Shown here: one piece after another, positions 28,725-38,640 of the stretch | How the letters are laid out: every line of letters starts with the position of its first letter | Position numbering within the stretch: position 1 is the stretch's first letter | From: an uncultured Roseburia sp. | Lineage (GTDB): Bacteria; Bacillota; Clostridia; Lachnospirales; Lachnospiraceae | Assembly: GCA_947564465.1 (NCBI GenBank) | Contig: CANOCV010000010.1 | Span: forward strand, 6,027 to 70,026 | Length of the DNA stretch: 64,000 nucleotides | Direction of reading: 5' to 3' | Made by a program: the position numbers and the translations under genes | Notes under the pieces: generated by a model | The model's database searches: none | What the model was told of the DNA's origin: nothing | What the model saw: only the letters and a program-made list of their open reading frames with translations

Positions 28725-30437
28725 TTACAGCGATGCAGCCTCATCTACAATCTTCTTAAGTGCATTTAACGCTTCTTCCGGAAGCTTATCGTAACCGTCT
28801 TTCTTTACCGCGAAATCTTCTACCGCTTTCACACGGTTCTCCATCGCATTTTTCAATGCAGCGACATACTCCTTGTCATTCAGATCCGGTGCAAAATCAC
28901 CTGTCTTTCCTGACCAGTCGTACATAATTTCGATATCCTCAAACGGTCCCCATGCCTCGAAGTTAGCCTTTCCTTCCACGATTGTTTCAAGAATGCCCAA
29001 CGTATCGGCAGGCTTTACCTTCGTTCCCATGAAGTCGCCGGTGTTTACAATATAGCAGTCTACGTTCTTCTCTTCCACCAGCTTCTTAAACTTCTCATAG
29101 TCATTTACAAGCGGATACGTTCTGAACGGATTTGCATAAGGCACGATGCGGAGTGCATTCAAATCCGTACCTGCCGCAACACGCTCTGCTGTCGATGTCT
29201 TAGTCGCAAGAGTCGCGCCCATAACCGATGCCAGTGCAGAACCTTTTAATTTTACTACCGGCGGAATTGTCGGGTCCTTCATAATCCAGAAAATTGCATT
29301 TACCGGCGCGTCAATCTTGTCCACACGGTTCGGGGACCAGAGCTTAGACTTAATGGCACGTCCGTTTCCGTTTCTGATATCCTCTGTTACCAGCTGCACC
29401 TTGCCCTCACTGTCTAACGTTGCGGAACAGTTCTGAGCGGACAACAGGTATTTATTATCCGCACAGCCAGTCGGATAATCCGCCGTCTTATCAAAATATG
29501 TCGGCTCCAATGCGACGGAAGAACACGTATCTGTATTGATGATAAACGCGTCATCATGCAGTACGGTAATCGGATATTTTCCGTTATGCTTTGCATGTGT
29601 CAGTGTTGATTTTCCTGAACCTGACAGACCAAATACCGATGCCACATATTTCGAACCGTCAGCCAGCGTGTACTCCTTCTGTCCGCCATGGCAGGAAGCA
29701 TATCCGTTCCTGTTCGCAATCGCCCACGCCATCGTAAGCGTTCCCTTTTTATGCTCGCCAAAGTATCTCATACCAAGGATACATGCACAGTTCTGATCCG
29801 TGTCAAAATAGCACAGTGTCAGCGGATCGCTCAGGCAGCTGAAATCAACGTCCGGTCTCTCCTGCGGGAACCACTGAGGATCGGAAAAGATATAGATATC
29901 CGGTTCCTTACCGTCACCAACCATTTTGGAGTTCTTGTACATTTTTACATACTCGTCCGACATATACTGGAAGTTCAGCATCCAATTATACATGATGTTT
30001 TCTTCACCTTCCGGAATCAGAAGATGCGCCTTTACCATAAATTCAGGATCAAGGCCTACAAAAACTTCCGCATGGTACATCGTCTTCCAACGTGACTCAT
30101 AGATCGCATCCATCGCCACCTTATCAAGCTTTGCAGCGTCTACGCCCGGCTCGCCTTTTATACGGCGTGCAGCCGCATAACGTCCTGTAACCGCACCGTC
30201 ATTGAACAAAAGAACCTTTGCATCTTTATCAAGGCCAAACTCTTCGCCTCTGTATACCGGCATATCCGTCACAATTGTTCCTGGTGAATTTTTTGCCAGT
30301 TCATAAGCCTCTCTTAATGTGTTTACCTTTACTACATTGTTGCCATAGAAAGCGCCCTCGATAATGGAACGTGTCTTGGAAAATCCAACCTTTCCCGCAC
30401 CGATTTCTTCAATTGGGTAATACGCCTTTGTTGCCAT
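28725..30437 (-). CDS. pckA: phosphoenolpyruvate carboxykinase (ATP)
   Basis: MATKAYYPIEE start with AAGGAGGAA RBS. Kinase-1a GLSGSGKSTL. ATP-PEPCK-like length (about 570 aa). Confidence 0.88.
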   Translation of the reverse strand: MATKAYYPIEEIGAGKVGFSKTRSIIEGAFYGNNVVKVNTLREAYELAKNSPGTIVTDMPVYRGEEFGLDKDAKVLLFNDGAVTGRYAAARRIKGEPGVDAAKLDKVAMDAIYESRWKTMYHAEVFVGLDPEFMVKAHLLIPEGEENIMYNWMLNFQYMSDEYVKMYKNSKMVGDGKEPDIYIFSDPQWFPQERPDVDFSCLSDPLTLCYFDTDQNCACILGMRYFGEHKKGTLTMAWAIANRNGYASCHGGQKEYTLADGSKYVASVFGLSGSGKSTLTHAKHNGKYPITVLHDDAFIINTDTCSSVALEPTYFDKTADYPTGCADNKYLLSAQNCSATLDSEGKVQLVTEDIRNGNGRAIKSKLWSPNRVDKIDAPVNAIFWIMKDPTIPPVVKLKGSALASVMGATLATKTSTAERVAAGTDLNALRIVPYANPFRTYPLVNDYEKFKKLVEEKNVDCYIVNTGDFMGTKVKPADTLGILETIVEGKANFEAWGPFEDIEIMYDWSGKTGDFAPDLNDKEYVAALKNAMENRVKAVEDFAVKKDGYDKLPEEALNALKKIVDEAASL

Positions 30438-30525
30438 TTTATATTCCTCCTTAAATTTTATGTGAAATATTACTTTGTACACCAAAAAATACACTACTAA
30501 CAATATACACTATGTTATTTTTTTG

Positions 30526-30936
30526 TCAATCTTTTTCCAGAAAATTTTTCGAAAAGGATGCCGGAAACAGCTCCAAAAGCGTCGCCTTTTGGTAATCGTA
30601 ATCTTTTCCGACCATAATCACAAAAAAATTCTCCGGCTGCACAAATTCAGCCAAAACCTGTCGGCAGACGCCGCAGGGGGACAAATAATCGTCGCCGTCC
30701 CCAACGATTGCGATTGCCTCAAACTCCGTCTCTCCCTCCGAAACTGCCTTAAATACGGCCGTTCGTTCCGCACAGTTTGTCGGACTGTACGCCGCGTTTT
30801 CAATATTGCATCCCCTGTATACCTTTCCGCTTTTCCCAAGCAGCGCCGCACCGACACGAAATCCGGAATACGGAGCATACGCCATTTTCCTGGCCTCATA
30901 CGCTTCTTTTATCAGCTCTTCTTCGCTCATATGCAT
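30526..30936 (-). CDS. cdd: cytidine deaminase
   Basis: YAPYSGFRVGAALL....CAERTAVFKAVSEGE....PCGVCRQVLAEF zinc-binding motifs. 136 aa. Confidence 0.93.
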   Translation of the reverse strand: MHMSEEELIKEAYEARKMAYAPYSGFRVGAALLGKSGKVYRGCNIENAAYSPTNCAERTAVFKAVSEGETEFEAIAIVGDGDDYLSPCGVCRQVLAEFVQPENFFVIMVGKDYDYQKATLLELFPASFSKNFLEKD

Positions 30937-30962
30937 TGCTCTACTCTCCCATCACTTCTTTG

Positions 30963-31607
30963 TCAGCCCAAAATTGAAACTGCCGAACTTGTCCCAAGCC
31001 TCTCGCATCCCGCCTGAATATAATTTTCCATATCCTCTCTTGTCCGAATCCCTCCCGCCGCTTTGATTTTCACATTTTCTCCTATATGCCGCTTCATTAA
31101 CAGAACATCCTCCATGGTAGCGCCCGCTGTTCCAAAACCGGTGGATGTCTTAATATATTCTGCCCCGGCATTCGTTACCGCATGGCACATGGCAATTTTT
31201 TCATCATCTGTCAAATAACATGTTTCTATTATTACTTTTAAAAGCTTATCTCCCGCCGCCCGTTTTATCTCTATTATTTCCTCTTCCACTTTTTTGTAAT
31301 CGCCGTTTTTTACATCACAGATATTAATCACCATATCAATTTCATCTGCGCCGTCATGAACTGCCGCTTTTGTCTCTGCAATCTTGGACGCCGTATTGGC
31401 ATATCCGAGCGGAAATCCGATCACTGTACAAATTCGAATACACGCGCCATACGCCTCCTTCACCCTGCCCACATAACAGCTCGGTATACATACCGAAGCC
31501 GTTTTATAATGAAGCGCTTCTTTACAAAGCTTTTCGATTTCCTCCCAGGACGTAACGGCTTTTAACGCCGTATGGTCTACATAGCTGTATAACTTCGCAT
31601 TATCCAT
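30963..31607 (-). CDS. deoC: deoxyribose-phosphate aldolase
   Basis: MDNAKLYSYVDHTALK start. ...VCIPS..., LKVIIET, IKTSTGF (Schiff-base Lys), KAAGGIRT. Confidence 0.92.
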   Translation of the reverse strand: MDNAKLYSYVDHTALKAVTSWEEIEKLCKEALHYKTASVCIPSCYVGRVKEAYGACIRICTVIGFPLGYANTASKIAETKAAVHDGADEIDMVINICDVKNGDYKKVEEEIIEIKRAAGDKLLKVIIETCYLTDDEKIAMCHAVTNAGAEYIKTSTGFGTAGATMEDVLLMKRHIGENVKIKAAGGIRTREDMENYIQAGCERLGTSSAVSILG

Positions 31608-31710
31608 TTTGCCCCTCCGTTTTCCCACTTTTTACCGCACCATTGTACCATACCAAATGTGAAAAAAACATAAATTTTTTTAAACTTTCTTTAAATTCGA
31701 CGAATTTTTC

Positions 31711-31740
31711 TTGTACTTTTTTTCGAACATATGGTAGTAT
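31711..31740 (+). promoter_or_regulatory. candidate extended -10 promoter for citrate synthase
   Basis: TTGTAC (31711-31716), an 18-nt spacer, then TGgTAGTAT (-10 at 31735-31740). Confidence 0.45.
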
Positions 31741-31838
31741 AGTTTCATGAGTGCTTTAAATTATGCAAGTATTTCTGCCTGAAAGGCCTTTATATATTTT
31801 ATTTAAAGCAAATTATAACGACTTGAAGGAGGAATTCT

Positions 31839-33209
31839 ATGACTACAAATAAGTTTTGCGAAATAACGCCTGAGATTTTGGAATTATCCGAACTCAGCAA
31901 AAATGCTTCCTATATTCCGCCGGAGCTTTACTCAAAATATGATGTCAAGCGCGGCCTGCGTGACATAAACGGAAAAGGAGTTCTTGTCGGATTGACCGAG
32001 ATCTCAGATGTTTGTTCTACCGAGGTTATAAACGGCGAAACCGTTCCGGCACAGGGAAAACTATTTTACCGCGGCTATAATGTGCAGGATCTTGTACGTG
32101 GAATTGAACCGGACAGCCATTTTGGTTTCGAGGAGTGTACGTATCTGCTGTTGTTTGGCAGGCTTCCTTCCAGAAAGGAACTCTCTAATTTCTGCAAAAT
32201 CCTTTCGGAATACCGAACGCTTCCTACCAGTTTTGTCCGTGACATCATTATGAAGGCTCCGAGTAAAGATATGATGAATACACTGGCAAGGAGTGTCCTC
32301 ACCCTATACTCTTATGACGATAAAGCCGACGACATTTCGCTGCCGAACGTTTTAAGACAGTGTCTTCAGCTAATCAGCCTGTTTCCGCTTTTATCTGTAT
32401 ATGGTTATCAGGCCTACCGCCACTATCATGACGGAGCCAGCCTGTTTATTCATTCACCTAAGCCTGAACTTTCCACTGCCGAGACAATTCTGCATATCTT
32501 AAGACCTGACAGCAGCTACACCCCGTTAGAAGCGAGATTACTTGATATTGCTCTGATTCTGCATATGGAACACGGCGGAGGAAATAACTCTACCTTTACC
32601 ACGCACCTTGTCTCCTCATCCGGAACCGATACATATTCGGTAATCGCCGCGTCGCTCGGCTCCCTGAAAGGGCCAAAACACGGCGGCGCCAATATCAAGG
32701 TCGTACAAATGTTTGAGGATATGAAACAGGTCGTGCACGACTGGACCGATGAAGAGGAGGTCGGCAATTATCTGCGCAGATTGCTTCACAAAGAAGCCTT
32801 TGACCACGCCGGGCTGATATACGGTATGGGTCACGCCGTATACTCTCTCTCCGATCCCCGGGCTGTTATCTTCCGCTCTTTCGTAGAAAAGCTTTCCAAA
32901 GAAAAGGGCTACGACAAGGAATTTGCGCTTTACAGTATGGTCGAACGCCTTGCTCCGCAGATTATTGCCGACGAACGCAAAATATATAAAGGCGTCAGTC
33001 CAAATGTAGACTTCTTCAGCGGTTTTGTCTATCATATGCTTGATCTTCCGCTGGAGTTATATACACCGATTTTTGCAATTGCACGTATCTCCGGCTGGAG
33101 CGCACACCGGATGGAGGAAATTGCACACAACGGCAAAATTATGCGCCCTGCATATAAAAATATCAGTGATCACAAGGAATATATTCCGCTTGACAAGAGA
33201 GAATCGTAA
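31839..33209 (+). CDS. citrate (Si)-synthase family enzyme (citrate or 2-methylcitrate synthase)
   Basis: 456 aa ORF. ILHMEHGGGNNSTF, GPKHGGAN, GMGHAVYSLSDPRA and NVDFFSG citrate synthase signatures. GAAGGAGGA RBS. Confidence 0.88.
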   Translation: MTTNKFCEITPEILELSELSKNASYIPPELYSKYDVKRGLRDINGKGVLVGLTEISDVCSTEVINGETVPAQGKLFYRGYNVQDLVRGIEPDSHFGFEECTYLLLFGRLPSRKELSNFCKILSEYRTLPTSFVRDIIMKAPSKDMMNTLARSVLTLYSYDDKADDISLPNVLRQCLQLISLFPLLSVYGYQAYRHYHDGASLFIHSPKPELSTAETILHILRPDSSYTPLEARLLDIALILHMEHGGGNNSTFTTHLVSSSGTDTYSVIAASLGSLKGPKHGGANIKVVQMFEDMKQVVHDWTDEEEVGNYLRRLLHKEAFDHAGLIYGMGHAVYSLSDPRAVIFRSFVEKLSKEKGYDKEFALYSMVERLAPQIIADERKIYKGVSPNVDFFSGFVYHMLDLPLELYTPIFAIARISGWSAHRMEEIAHNGKIMRPAYKNISDHKEYIPLDKRES

Positions 33210-33303
33210 TTTAATGTGCCGACCATAATTCACAAGTGGCCGGCACACTGTTTAAGGGTCTGCCGCACTGCTTTATGCGACAGACCCTTTTGGTTCATTT
33301 AGA

Positions 33304-33651
33304 CTAAGTCAGATATGTTTCTTTTGCCTTTCTCAAACAAATCACAAACAGCCCGCATACGAGCAAAAATACGCCCAGCGCTGCCACTTTGAACATAACA
33401 AATTTCCACCAAAGCTCATTTGCAATGCTTAACGCGCCAAAACAAAATACAACTAGTCCGAATCCCATCATTTTAAGGCTTACCGCTTCTACAAATCCCG
33501 ATTCGTCCTTACAGCGGCGCAATTCCTCCAAAGACGCCACAAAGGCGCTGACCTTGCCTGTAATCTTCATCTTTACGGCAACCGCAAACACATAGATGCC
33601 AAACAGTCCTGCGGCGGCGTATATCACATATTGCCAATTAATTTTTTGCAT
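33304..33651 (-). CDS. small membrane protein, unknown function
   Basis: About 115 aa with four hydrophobic segments. Start at MQKINWQ with AAGGAG RBS (the upstream ORF part begins at TTG). Confidence 0.5.
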   Translation of the reverse strand: MQKINWQYVIYAAAGLFGIYVFAVAVKMKITGKVSAFVASLEELRRCKDESGFVEAVSLKMMGFGLVVFCFGALSIANELWWKFVMFKVAALGVFLLVCGLFVICLRKAKETYLT

Positions 33652-33807
33652 TTTTACTGTCTCCTTTTCCTCTTTCAACTATCATAATGCATTCTTTTTA
33701 TTACTGCAATCTCGTTTTTGCTCTTTTTTCAGATAATTTGTCATTGAAACTTACTCCCAACTATTGTAATATAGTACTATATTAAAAATGTTTGGGAGGA
33801 TATTTTT

Positions 33808-34185
33808 ATGACATTGGATAATGCAAAAATATTAATCGGAGATGATTCCATTTTCGCCAGGAGGCAGCTCAAGGATATGATTGGCTCTTGGGGCAATTTT
33901 ACTTTTATAGAAGCGGCGGACGGACAAGAGGTTATTGATCTGTTTCTGGCCGAGAAACCGGATCTAGTTCTCTTAGATATTGTCATGCCAATTAAGGACG
34001 GCATTGCCGCTGTCGAAGAAATCATTGATACCGACCCGGACGCATACATCATCATGGTTTCCTCTATGGGTACACAGACGCAGCTGCGGCGCGCGATCGA
34101 AGCCGGTGCTCGTGACTTTATCCAGAAACCTATTAATTCCGACCATTTAAAGACTATCATTACAAAACGTTTCGAAGGGAGATAA
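33808..34185 (+). CDS. single-domain CheY-like response regulator receiver
   Basis: 125 aa ORF. DDS....DLVLLDIVMP (phospho-acceptor Asp), MVSSMG, FIQKP. GGGAGGA RBS. Confidence 0.88.
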   Translation: MTLDNAKILIGDDSIFARRQLKDMIGSWGNFTFIEAADGQEVIDLFLAEKPDLVLLDIVMPIKDGIAAVEEIIDTDPDAYIIMVSSMGTQTQLRRAIEAGARDFIQKPINSDHLKTIITKRFEGR

Positions 34186-34187
34186 TT

Positions 34188-35075
34188 ATGTATACACAGT
34201 TTTTCGGCAATTTTTTACTCAACAAGGATGTCATTTCTCCCGAAGAATTGATAAAAGCTATGGAGAAACAGGCCGCTATCCACATAAAATTCGGAACTCT
34301 TGCAATCCATGAGGGACTCCTGACAGCTTCCGAGGTGGATCATATTGTAATTATACAGACACATAAGAACAAGCGCTTCGGTGAGATTGCGATCGAAGAG
34401 GGATATCTGACAAAAGAGCAGGTTGATTTTGTCCTGGAAAAGCAAAAGCCAAGCTATCTTCTGCTTGGACAGATCCTGATCGAAGACGGAAAGCTTTCCA
34501 ACTCCGATTTTGAAAATTTAATCTCCGATTATCAGTCTCAATATGAGATTTTTGATCTTGAATCCGACGAAGAGCAGAATAATCTTGTCACCGGGCTTTT
34601 CAGCAGCTTCGGAGAACCTGGAAACGAACCGATCAGTCAGACTGCCATTGATTATCTGACGCTTCTTTTTAATAACCTGATTCGCTTTATTGGCGATGAT
34701 TTTACACCGTTGGATCTTGTTGCCTATCAGGAGGATTATCCGACCAATTATTGCATTTCACAGCATATTTCCGGAAATATATCTATCCACTCCGCCATGG
34801 ATATGGATACGGATACGGCAATCAATTTTGCCTCCCGATATGCCAATGAAGATTTTTCTTCCTTTGACGAATATGCAAGGGCGTCATTAGAAGACTTTTT
34901 GAATCTTCACAACGGATTATACAATGTAAATATGTCGAATGAGCGCTCTGTCGAACTCTCTTTGACGCCTCCGGAGGTACACTCAGACGACGTGCTTGAA
35001 TTTGAGCCCCCATCATATCTGATGCCGATCATGTTCCCGTTTGGAATCCTTCACTTTATATTGGGATTTCATTAA
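34188..35075 (+). CDS. protein with four tandem MshEN-type 24-aa motifs and a C-terminal domain of uncertain (CheC/CheX-like?) type
   Basis: Motifs at aa 5-28, 34-57, 63-86 and 92-116, each separated by 5 residues. The best copies, KFGTLAIHEGLLTASEVDHIVIIQ and RFGEIAIEEGYLTKEQVDFVLEKQ, fit RLGxx(LVI)(LVI)xxG(LVI)(LVI)xxxx(LVI)xxx(LVI)xxQ. The start follows the receiver gene's stop codon with no intervening bases. Confidence 0.6.
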   Translation: MYTQFFGNFLLNKDVISPEELIKAMEKQAAIHIKFGTLAIHEGLLTASEVDHIVIIQTHKNKRFGEIAIEEGYLTKEQVDFVLEKQKPSYLLLGQILIEDGKLSNSDFENLISDYQSQYEIFDLESDEEQNNLVTGLFSSFGEPGNEPISQTAIDYLTLLFNNLIRFIGDDFTPLDLVAYQEDYPTNYCISQHISGNISIHSAMDMDTDTAINFASRYANEDFSSFDEYARASLEDFLNLHNGLYNVNMSNERSVELSLTPPEVHSDDVLEFEPPSYLMPIMFPFGILHFILGFH

Positions 35076-35084
35076 AATCTGTCG

Positions 35085-35128
35085 GGTAACTTACGGAACC
35101 TGCCGCCGGCAGCTTCCTCCAGATACAT
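35085..35128. repeat. family B conserved element, copy 2
   Basis: GGGTAACTTACGGAACCTGCCGCCGGCAGCTTCCTCCAGATACAT. Same context as copy 1: it lies next to a bidirectional terminator downstream of a minus-strand gene. Confidence 0.8.
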
Positions 35129-35138
35129 AGCAACTTAT

Positions 35139-35192
35139 AAAAGACGGACACCGAGAAAACCTTTACAGCTCTTCTCAGTATCCGTCTTTTTT
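35139..35192. terminator. bidirectional intrinsic terminator (thrC / MshEN-repeat gene)
   Basis: AAAAGACGGA....TCCGTCTTTTTT long hairpin flanked by A4 and T6. Confidence 0.8.
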
Positions 35193-35218
35193 ATTACTGT
35201 GCAGCCCAAAACGGCTTT

Positions 35219-36715
35219 TTACTTCTCAATTGCAAGAAAACGCTTTACAACTGCCTCCATCTCCTCTACTTCACAGACCGTATCATGAAGCACAGGCGCG
35301 CTTCTGATCTCCTCAATTGCCTGCGGCACCGCTACATTTGCAATCTTACTCAGTTCATCTACCAGCTCAAAATCCGTCATGCGGTCATAACCGCTGTCTA
35401 TCGCATTCATGACGCTGCGCGTAAACTTAAACGGGCTTGCAGTTGACGCAATCACGGTCTTGGTGTCAATGTCGCCTGTCTCGGCCTTATATTCGGCGTA
35501 TACGCCTGCCGCCACGGCCGTATGGGTATCAATAACATACCCCGTACTCTCATAAAGACTCTTTATTACCTCTGCCGTTTTACTTTCACCGGTGAAATTA
35601 CCATAGAAATCCGTAAGCTGCTCTCTCATCTCCTGCGTAATCTCATATCTGCCATCCGAAATGAGCGCCTTCATCAATTCTGCATTCTTACCGGCATCAT
35701 TCCCCGCAATCCGATGTATCAAACGCTCCAGATTGCTTGAGATTAAAATATCCATAGAAGGCGAGCTTGTCAATATAAACTCACGGTTCTTGTCGTAAAT
35801 TCCGGTCCTGAAAAAGTCATACAAAACTTTATTTTCATTGGAAGCACAGATTAACTTTGCAATCGGCACACCCATGTTTTTCGCATAAAACGCCGCCAGA
35901 ATGTTCCCGAAATTCCCGGTCGGAACAACTACATTAATCTTCTCGCCCTTCCCGATCTCACCGTTTTCGTACATTTTAGCATATGCATATACATAATATA
36001 CAATCTGCGGCACAAGACGCCCGATATTGATAGAATTGGCGGAAGAAAACTGATATCCCGCGTCATCCATTACCTTTGCAAGCCCTGTATCGGAAAACAT
36101 CTGCTTTACTCCTGTCTGTGCCTGATCAAAATTACCGTTAATTCCGACAACAAACGTATTGTCTCCCTTTTGAGTCACCATCTGCTTTTCCTGTATCGGG
36201 CTGACGCCGTTCTTTGGATAAAACACGATGATTTTCGTTCCCGGAACATCCGCGAATCCTGCCAGGGCTGCTTTTCCGGTGTCACCGGAGGTCGCCGTGA
36301 GAATCACGATTTCATTTTTCACATGATTTTTCTTTGCAGATGTCGTTAAAAGATACGGCAGTATCGACAGCGCCATATCTTTAAACGCAATCGTAGAACC
36401 ATGGAAAAGCTCCAGATAATACGCGCCGTCCGCTTTGACAAGCGGCGCAATCTGCTCCGTATCAAACTTGCTGTCATAAGCGCTGTTGATACAATACTTT
36501 AACTCTTCTTCCGTAAAATCCGTAAGAAAAAGCTTCATCACCTCATATGCCGTCTCCTGATAGGACATTTTTGCCAGCTCATCCATGCTTACGTCTAACG
36601 CGGGAATATTTGTCGGCACAAACAAACCGCCCTCTCCCGCAAGCCCCTTTAAAATTGCCTGGGACGCCGTCACCTTTTCGTCCGCATTCCTTGTACTTAC
36701 ATATACCAAGTCCAT
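35219..36715 (-). CDS. thrC: threonine synthase (long form)
   Basis: 498 aa ORF. MDLVYVSTRN..., HGSTIAFKDMAL (PLP Lys), TSGDTG. Confidence 0.93.
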   Translation of the reverse strand: MDLVYVSTRNADEKVTASQAILKGLAGEGGLFVPTNIPALDVSMDELAKMSYQETAYEVMKLFLTDFTEEELKYCINSAYDSKFDTEQIAPLVKADGAYYLELFHGSTIAFKDMALSILPYLLTTSAKKNHVKNEIVILTATSGDTGKAALAGFADVPGTKIIVFYPKNGVSPIQEKQMVTQKGDNTFVVGINGNFDQAQTGVKQMFSDTGLAKVMDDAGYQFSSANSINIGRLVPQIVYYVYAYAKMYENGEIGKGEKINVVVPTGNFGNILAAFYAKNMGVPIAKLICASNENKVLYDFFRTGIYDKNREFILTSSPSMDILISSNLERLIHRIAGNDAGKNAELMKALISDGRYEITQEMREQLTDFYGNFTGESKTAEVIKSLYESTGYVIDTHTAVAAGVYAEYKAETGDIDTKTVIASTASPFKFTRSVMNAIDSGYDRMTDFELVDELSKIANVAVPQAIEEIRSAPVLHDTVCEVEEMEAVVKRFLAIEK

Positions 36716-36878
36716 TTTTCAACCTCTTATCTGTGTTTTTTCTCTTCCGATTTACGTACATTATATAGGAAATCATCTTATACTGTCAATGCCCCGGGCA
36801 CAACAATTGTCAAACCGGTTTCTTTTTTCCTTCTGTAATGATACAATAAATAAAATCTAAAACACGCAGGAGGATTTT

Positions 36879-37556
36879 ATGAGCCATATTCTTTTGGTAG
36901 ATGACGATAAAAGTATTGTAGCAAACTTAAGCGACTTTCTAAGGCAGGAGGGTTTTCTTGTAACCGCATGTTACGGGCAGTCCGAGGCCATACAGCATAT
37001 CGAACAACAATCCGGCATTTTCGATCTGGCGCTTCTTGACGTCTCACTGCCGGACGGCAACGGATTTGCGCTTTGTCAGGCAATAAAATCCATCTGCCCG
37101 CTCCCGATTATCTTTCTCACCGCCTCCGGTGATGAGTACAGCGTGGTTGCCGGACTAGACCTTGGCGCCGACGATTATATTGCCAAACCGTTCCGTCCGA
37201 GAGAATTGATTTCCCGCATCCACAGTGTGCTGCGTCGTTACGGCAAGGGCAGCGCACCGCTTGAATACCGCGGCTTAAAGGCCGACCTGTCACGCGGAAT
37301 CGTCACCAAAAACGGCCGCGAGTTAGTTCTGTCTGCACTAGAATACCGCCTGCTTTTGCTTTTCTTGAGCAATAAGGGAGTTATCCTCTCAAGAAACCGT
37401 CTCTTAGACGAGCTTTGGGATATGGCGGGCGAATTTGTCAACGACAATACTCTTACCGTTTATATCAAACGGCTTCGTGAGAAGCTGGAGGACGACCCCG
37501 CGCAGCCGGAATACATTAAGACTATGCGGGGACTTGGCTACAAATTCGGCGAGTAA
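36879..37556 (+). CDS. OmpR/PhoB-family response regulator (BceR-like)
   Basis: MSHILLVDDD...LALLDVSLPDGNG receiver. Winged-helix C-terminus LSALEYRLLLLF....TLTVYIKRLREKLE....IKTMRGLGYKF. Confidence 0.92.
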   Translation: MSHILLVDDDKSIVANLSDFLRQEGFLVTACYGQSEAIQHIEQQSGIFDLALLDVSLPDGNGFALCQAIKSICPLPIIFLTASGDEYSVVAGLDLGADDYIAKPFRPRELISRIHSVLRRYGKGSAPLEYRGLKADLSRGIVTKNGRELVLSALEYRLLLLFLSNKGVILSRNRLLDELWDMAGEFVNDNTLTVYIKRLREKLEDDPAQPEYIKTMRGLGYKFGE

Positions 37557-37585
37557 CCGCTCAATTTTTTTGGAAAGGACATCTT

Positions 37586-38602
37586 ATGAAATTATTTCAC
37601 AATCCCGAAATCATAAAAGCGCTGCTGGCCCAGGGCGTCTTACTCTTCTGCGCCGCGGGGGCAGGATTTTATCATGATACGTTTACCGGCATACTGATCC
37701 TTGCTCTGGGACTTGCATTAATTCTGTTTTTCCTGCTGTTTACGGCGGCAAGATACAAAAAACTGGAAGCTTTAAGCCTCAAGCTGAATGAAATGCTGCA
37801 CAGCGAAACTTCCGTTCCGCTCCACAGCTACACGGAGGGCGAGCTTTCCATTCTTCAAAATGAACTTTCGAAACTGATGTTAAGGCTCAATGAGCAGACA
37901 GCCGTTTTAGAGCACGACAAAAAATATTTAGCGGACGCGATGGCCGACATTTCCCATCAGCTTCGCTCTCCCCTTACCTCCATCCAGCTGATTCTCACAA
38001 TGTTACGAGATCCGAACCTTCCTGCCTCCAAAAGAAAAACGCTTTTGCGGGACCTCTCCCATCTTCTTTCGAAGGTGGACTGGTTGGTGGAATCTCTGCT
38101 GAAAATGTCCAGCATGGATGCCGGAACCGTTAACTTTACTCCCGTCCGCATCTCTGTAAAAGAGCTTCTTGCCAACGCTTCTTCTCCGCTTTTAATCCCG
38201 ATGGAATTAAGGGAACAAAATTTTCTGATTCATCAGGAAGAAAGCAGCGGCACGCTTTTTGTTGACCCTTCCTGGACAGCCGAGGCGCTCTCCAATGTGC
38301 TCAAAAACTGTATGGAGCACACTCCGGCCGGCGGGACAATTGAAATATCCTGCAGGCAAACCATATTATATACGGAAATAGTTGTTGAGGACAATGGTCC
38401 GGGATTTGTCGCCGAGGATATTCCACACCTTTTTGAACGCTTCTACAAAGGAAAAAACGCCACCGACAACAGCATCGGCATCGGACTTGCTCTTTCCAGA
38501 ATGATCGTCACAAGAGAAGACGGAACTTTAAAGGCGGAAAACAAAACTTCCGGCGGAGCCAGATTTATCTTCAAATTTTATGGTTCAGGAACATCCCAGT
38601 AG
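37586..38602 (+). CDS. intramembrane-sensing histidine kinase (BceS-like)
   Basis: Two N-terminal TM helices with almost no extracytoplasmic loop. H-box ADISHQLRSPLTSI. N box NVLKNCMEHT. G boxes DNGPGF, GIGLAL. Confidence 0.9.
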   Translation: MKLFHNPEIIKALLAQGVLLFCAAGAGFYHDTFTGILILALGLALILFFLLFTAARYKKLEALSLKLNEMLHSETSVPLHSYTEGELSILQNELSKLMLRLNEQTAVLEHDKKYLADAMADISHQLRSPLTSIQLILTMLRDPNLPASKRKTLLRDLSHLLSKVDWLVESLLKMSSMDAGTVNFTPVRISVKELLANASSPLLIPMELREQNFLIHQEESSGTLFVDPSWTAEALSNVLKNCMEHTPAGGTIEISCRQTILYTEIVVEDNGPGFVAEDIPHLFERFYKGKNATDNSIGIGLALSRMIVTREDGTLKAENKTSGGARFIFKFYGSGTSQ

Positions 38603-38640
38603 GCCCCCGATGCTTCAAATAACATCCTTAATTTCGTTTT

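Noticed and set aside
33777-34160. 127-aa minus-strand ORF.
   Set aside because: It is entirely antisense to the well-supported CheY-like receiver gene, has no RBS, and its composition is a mirror artefact.
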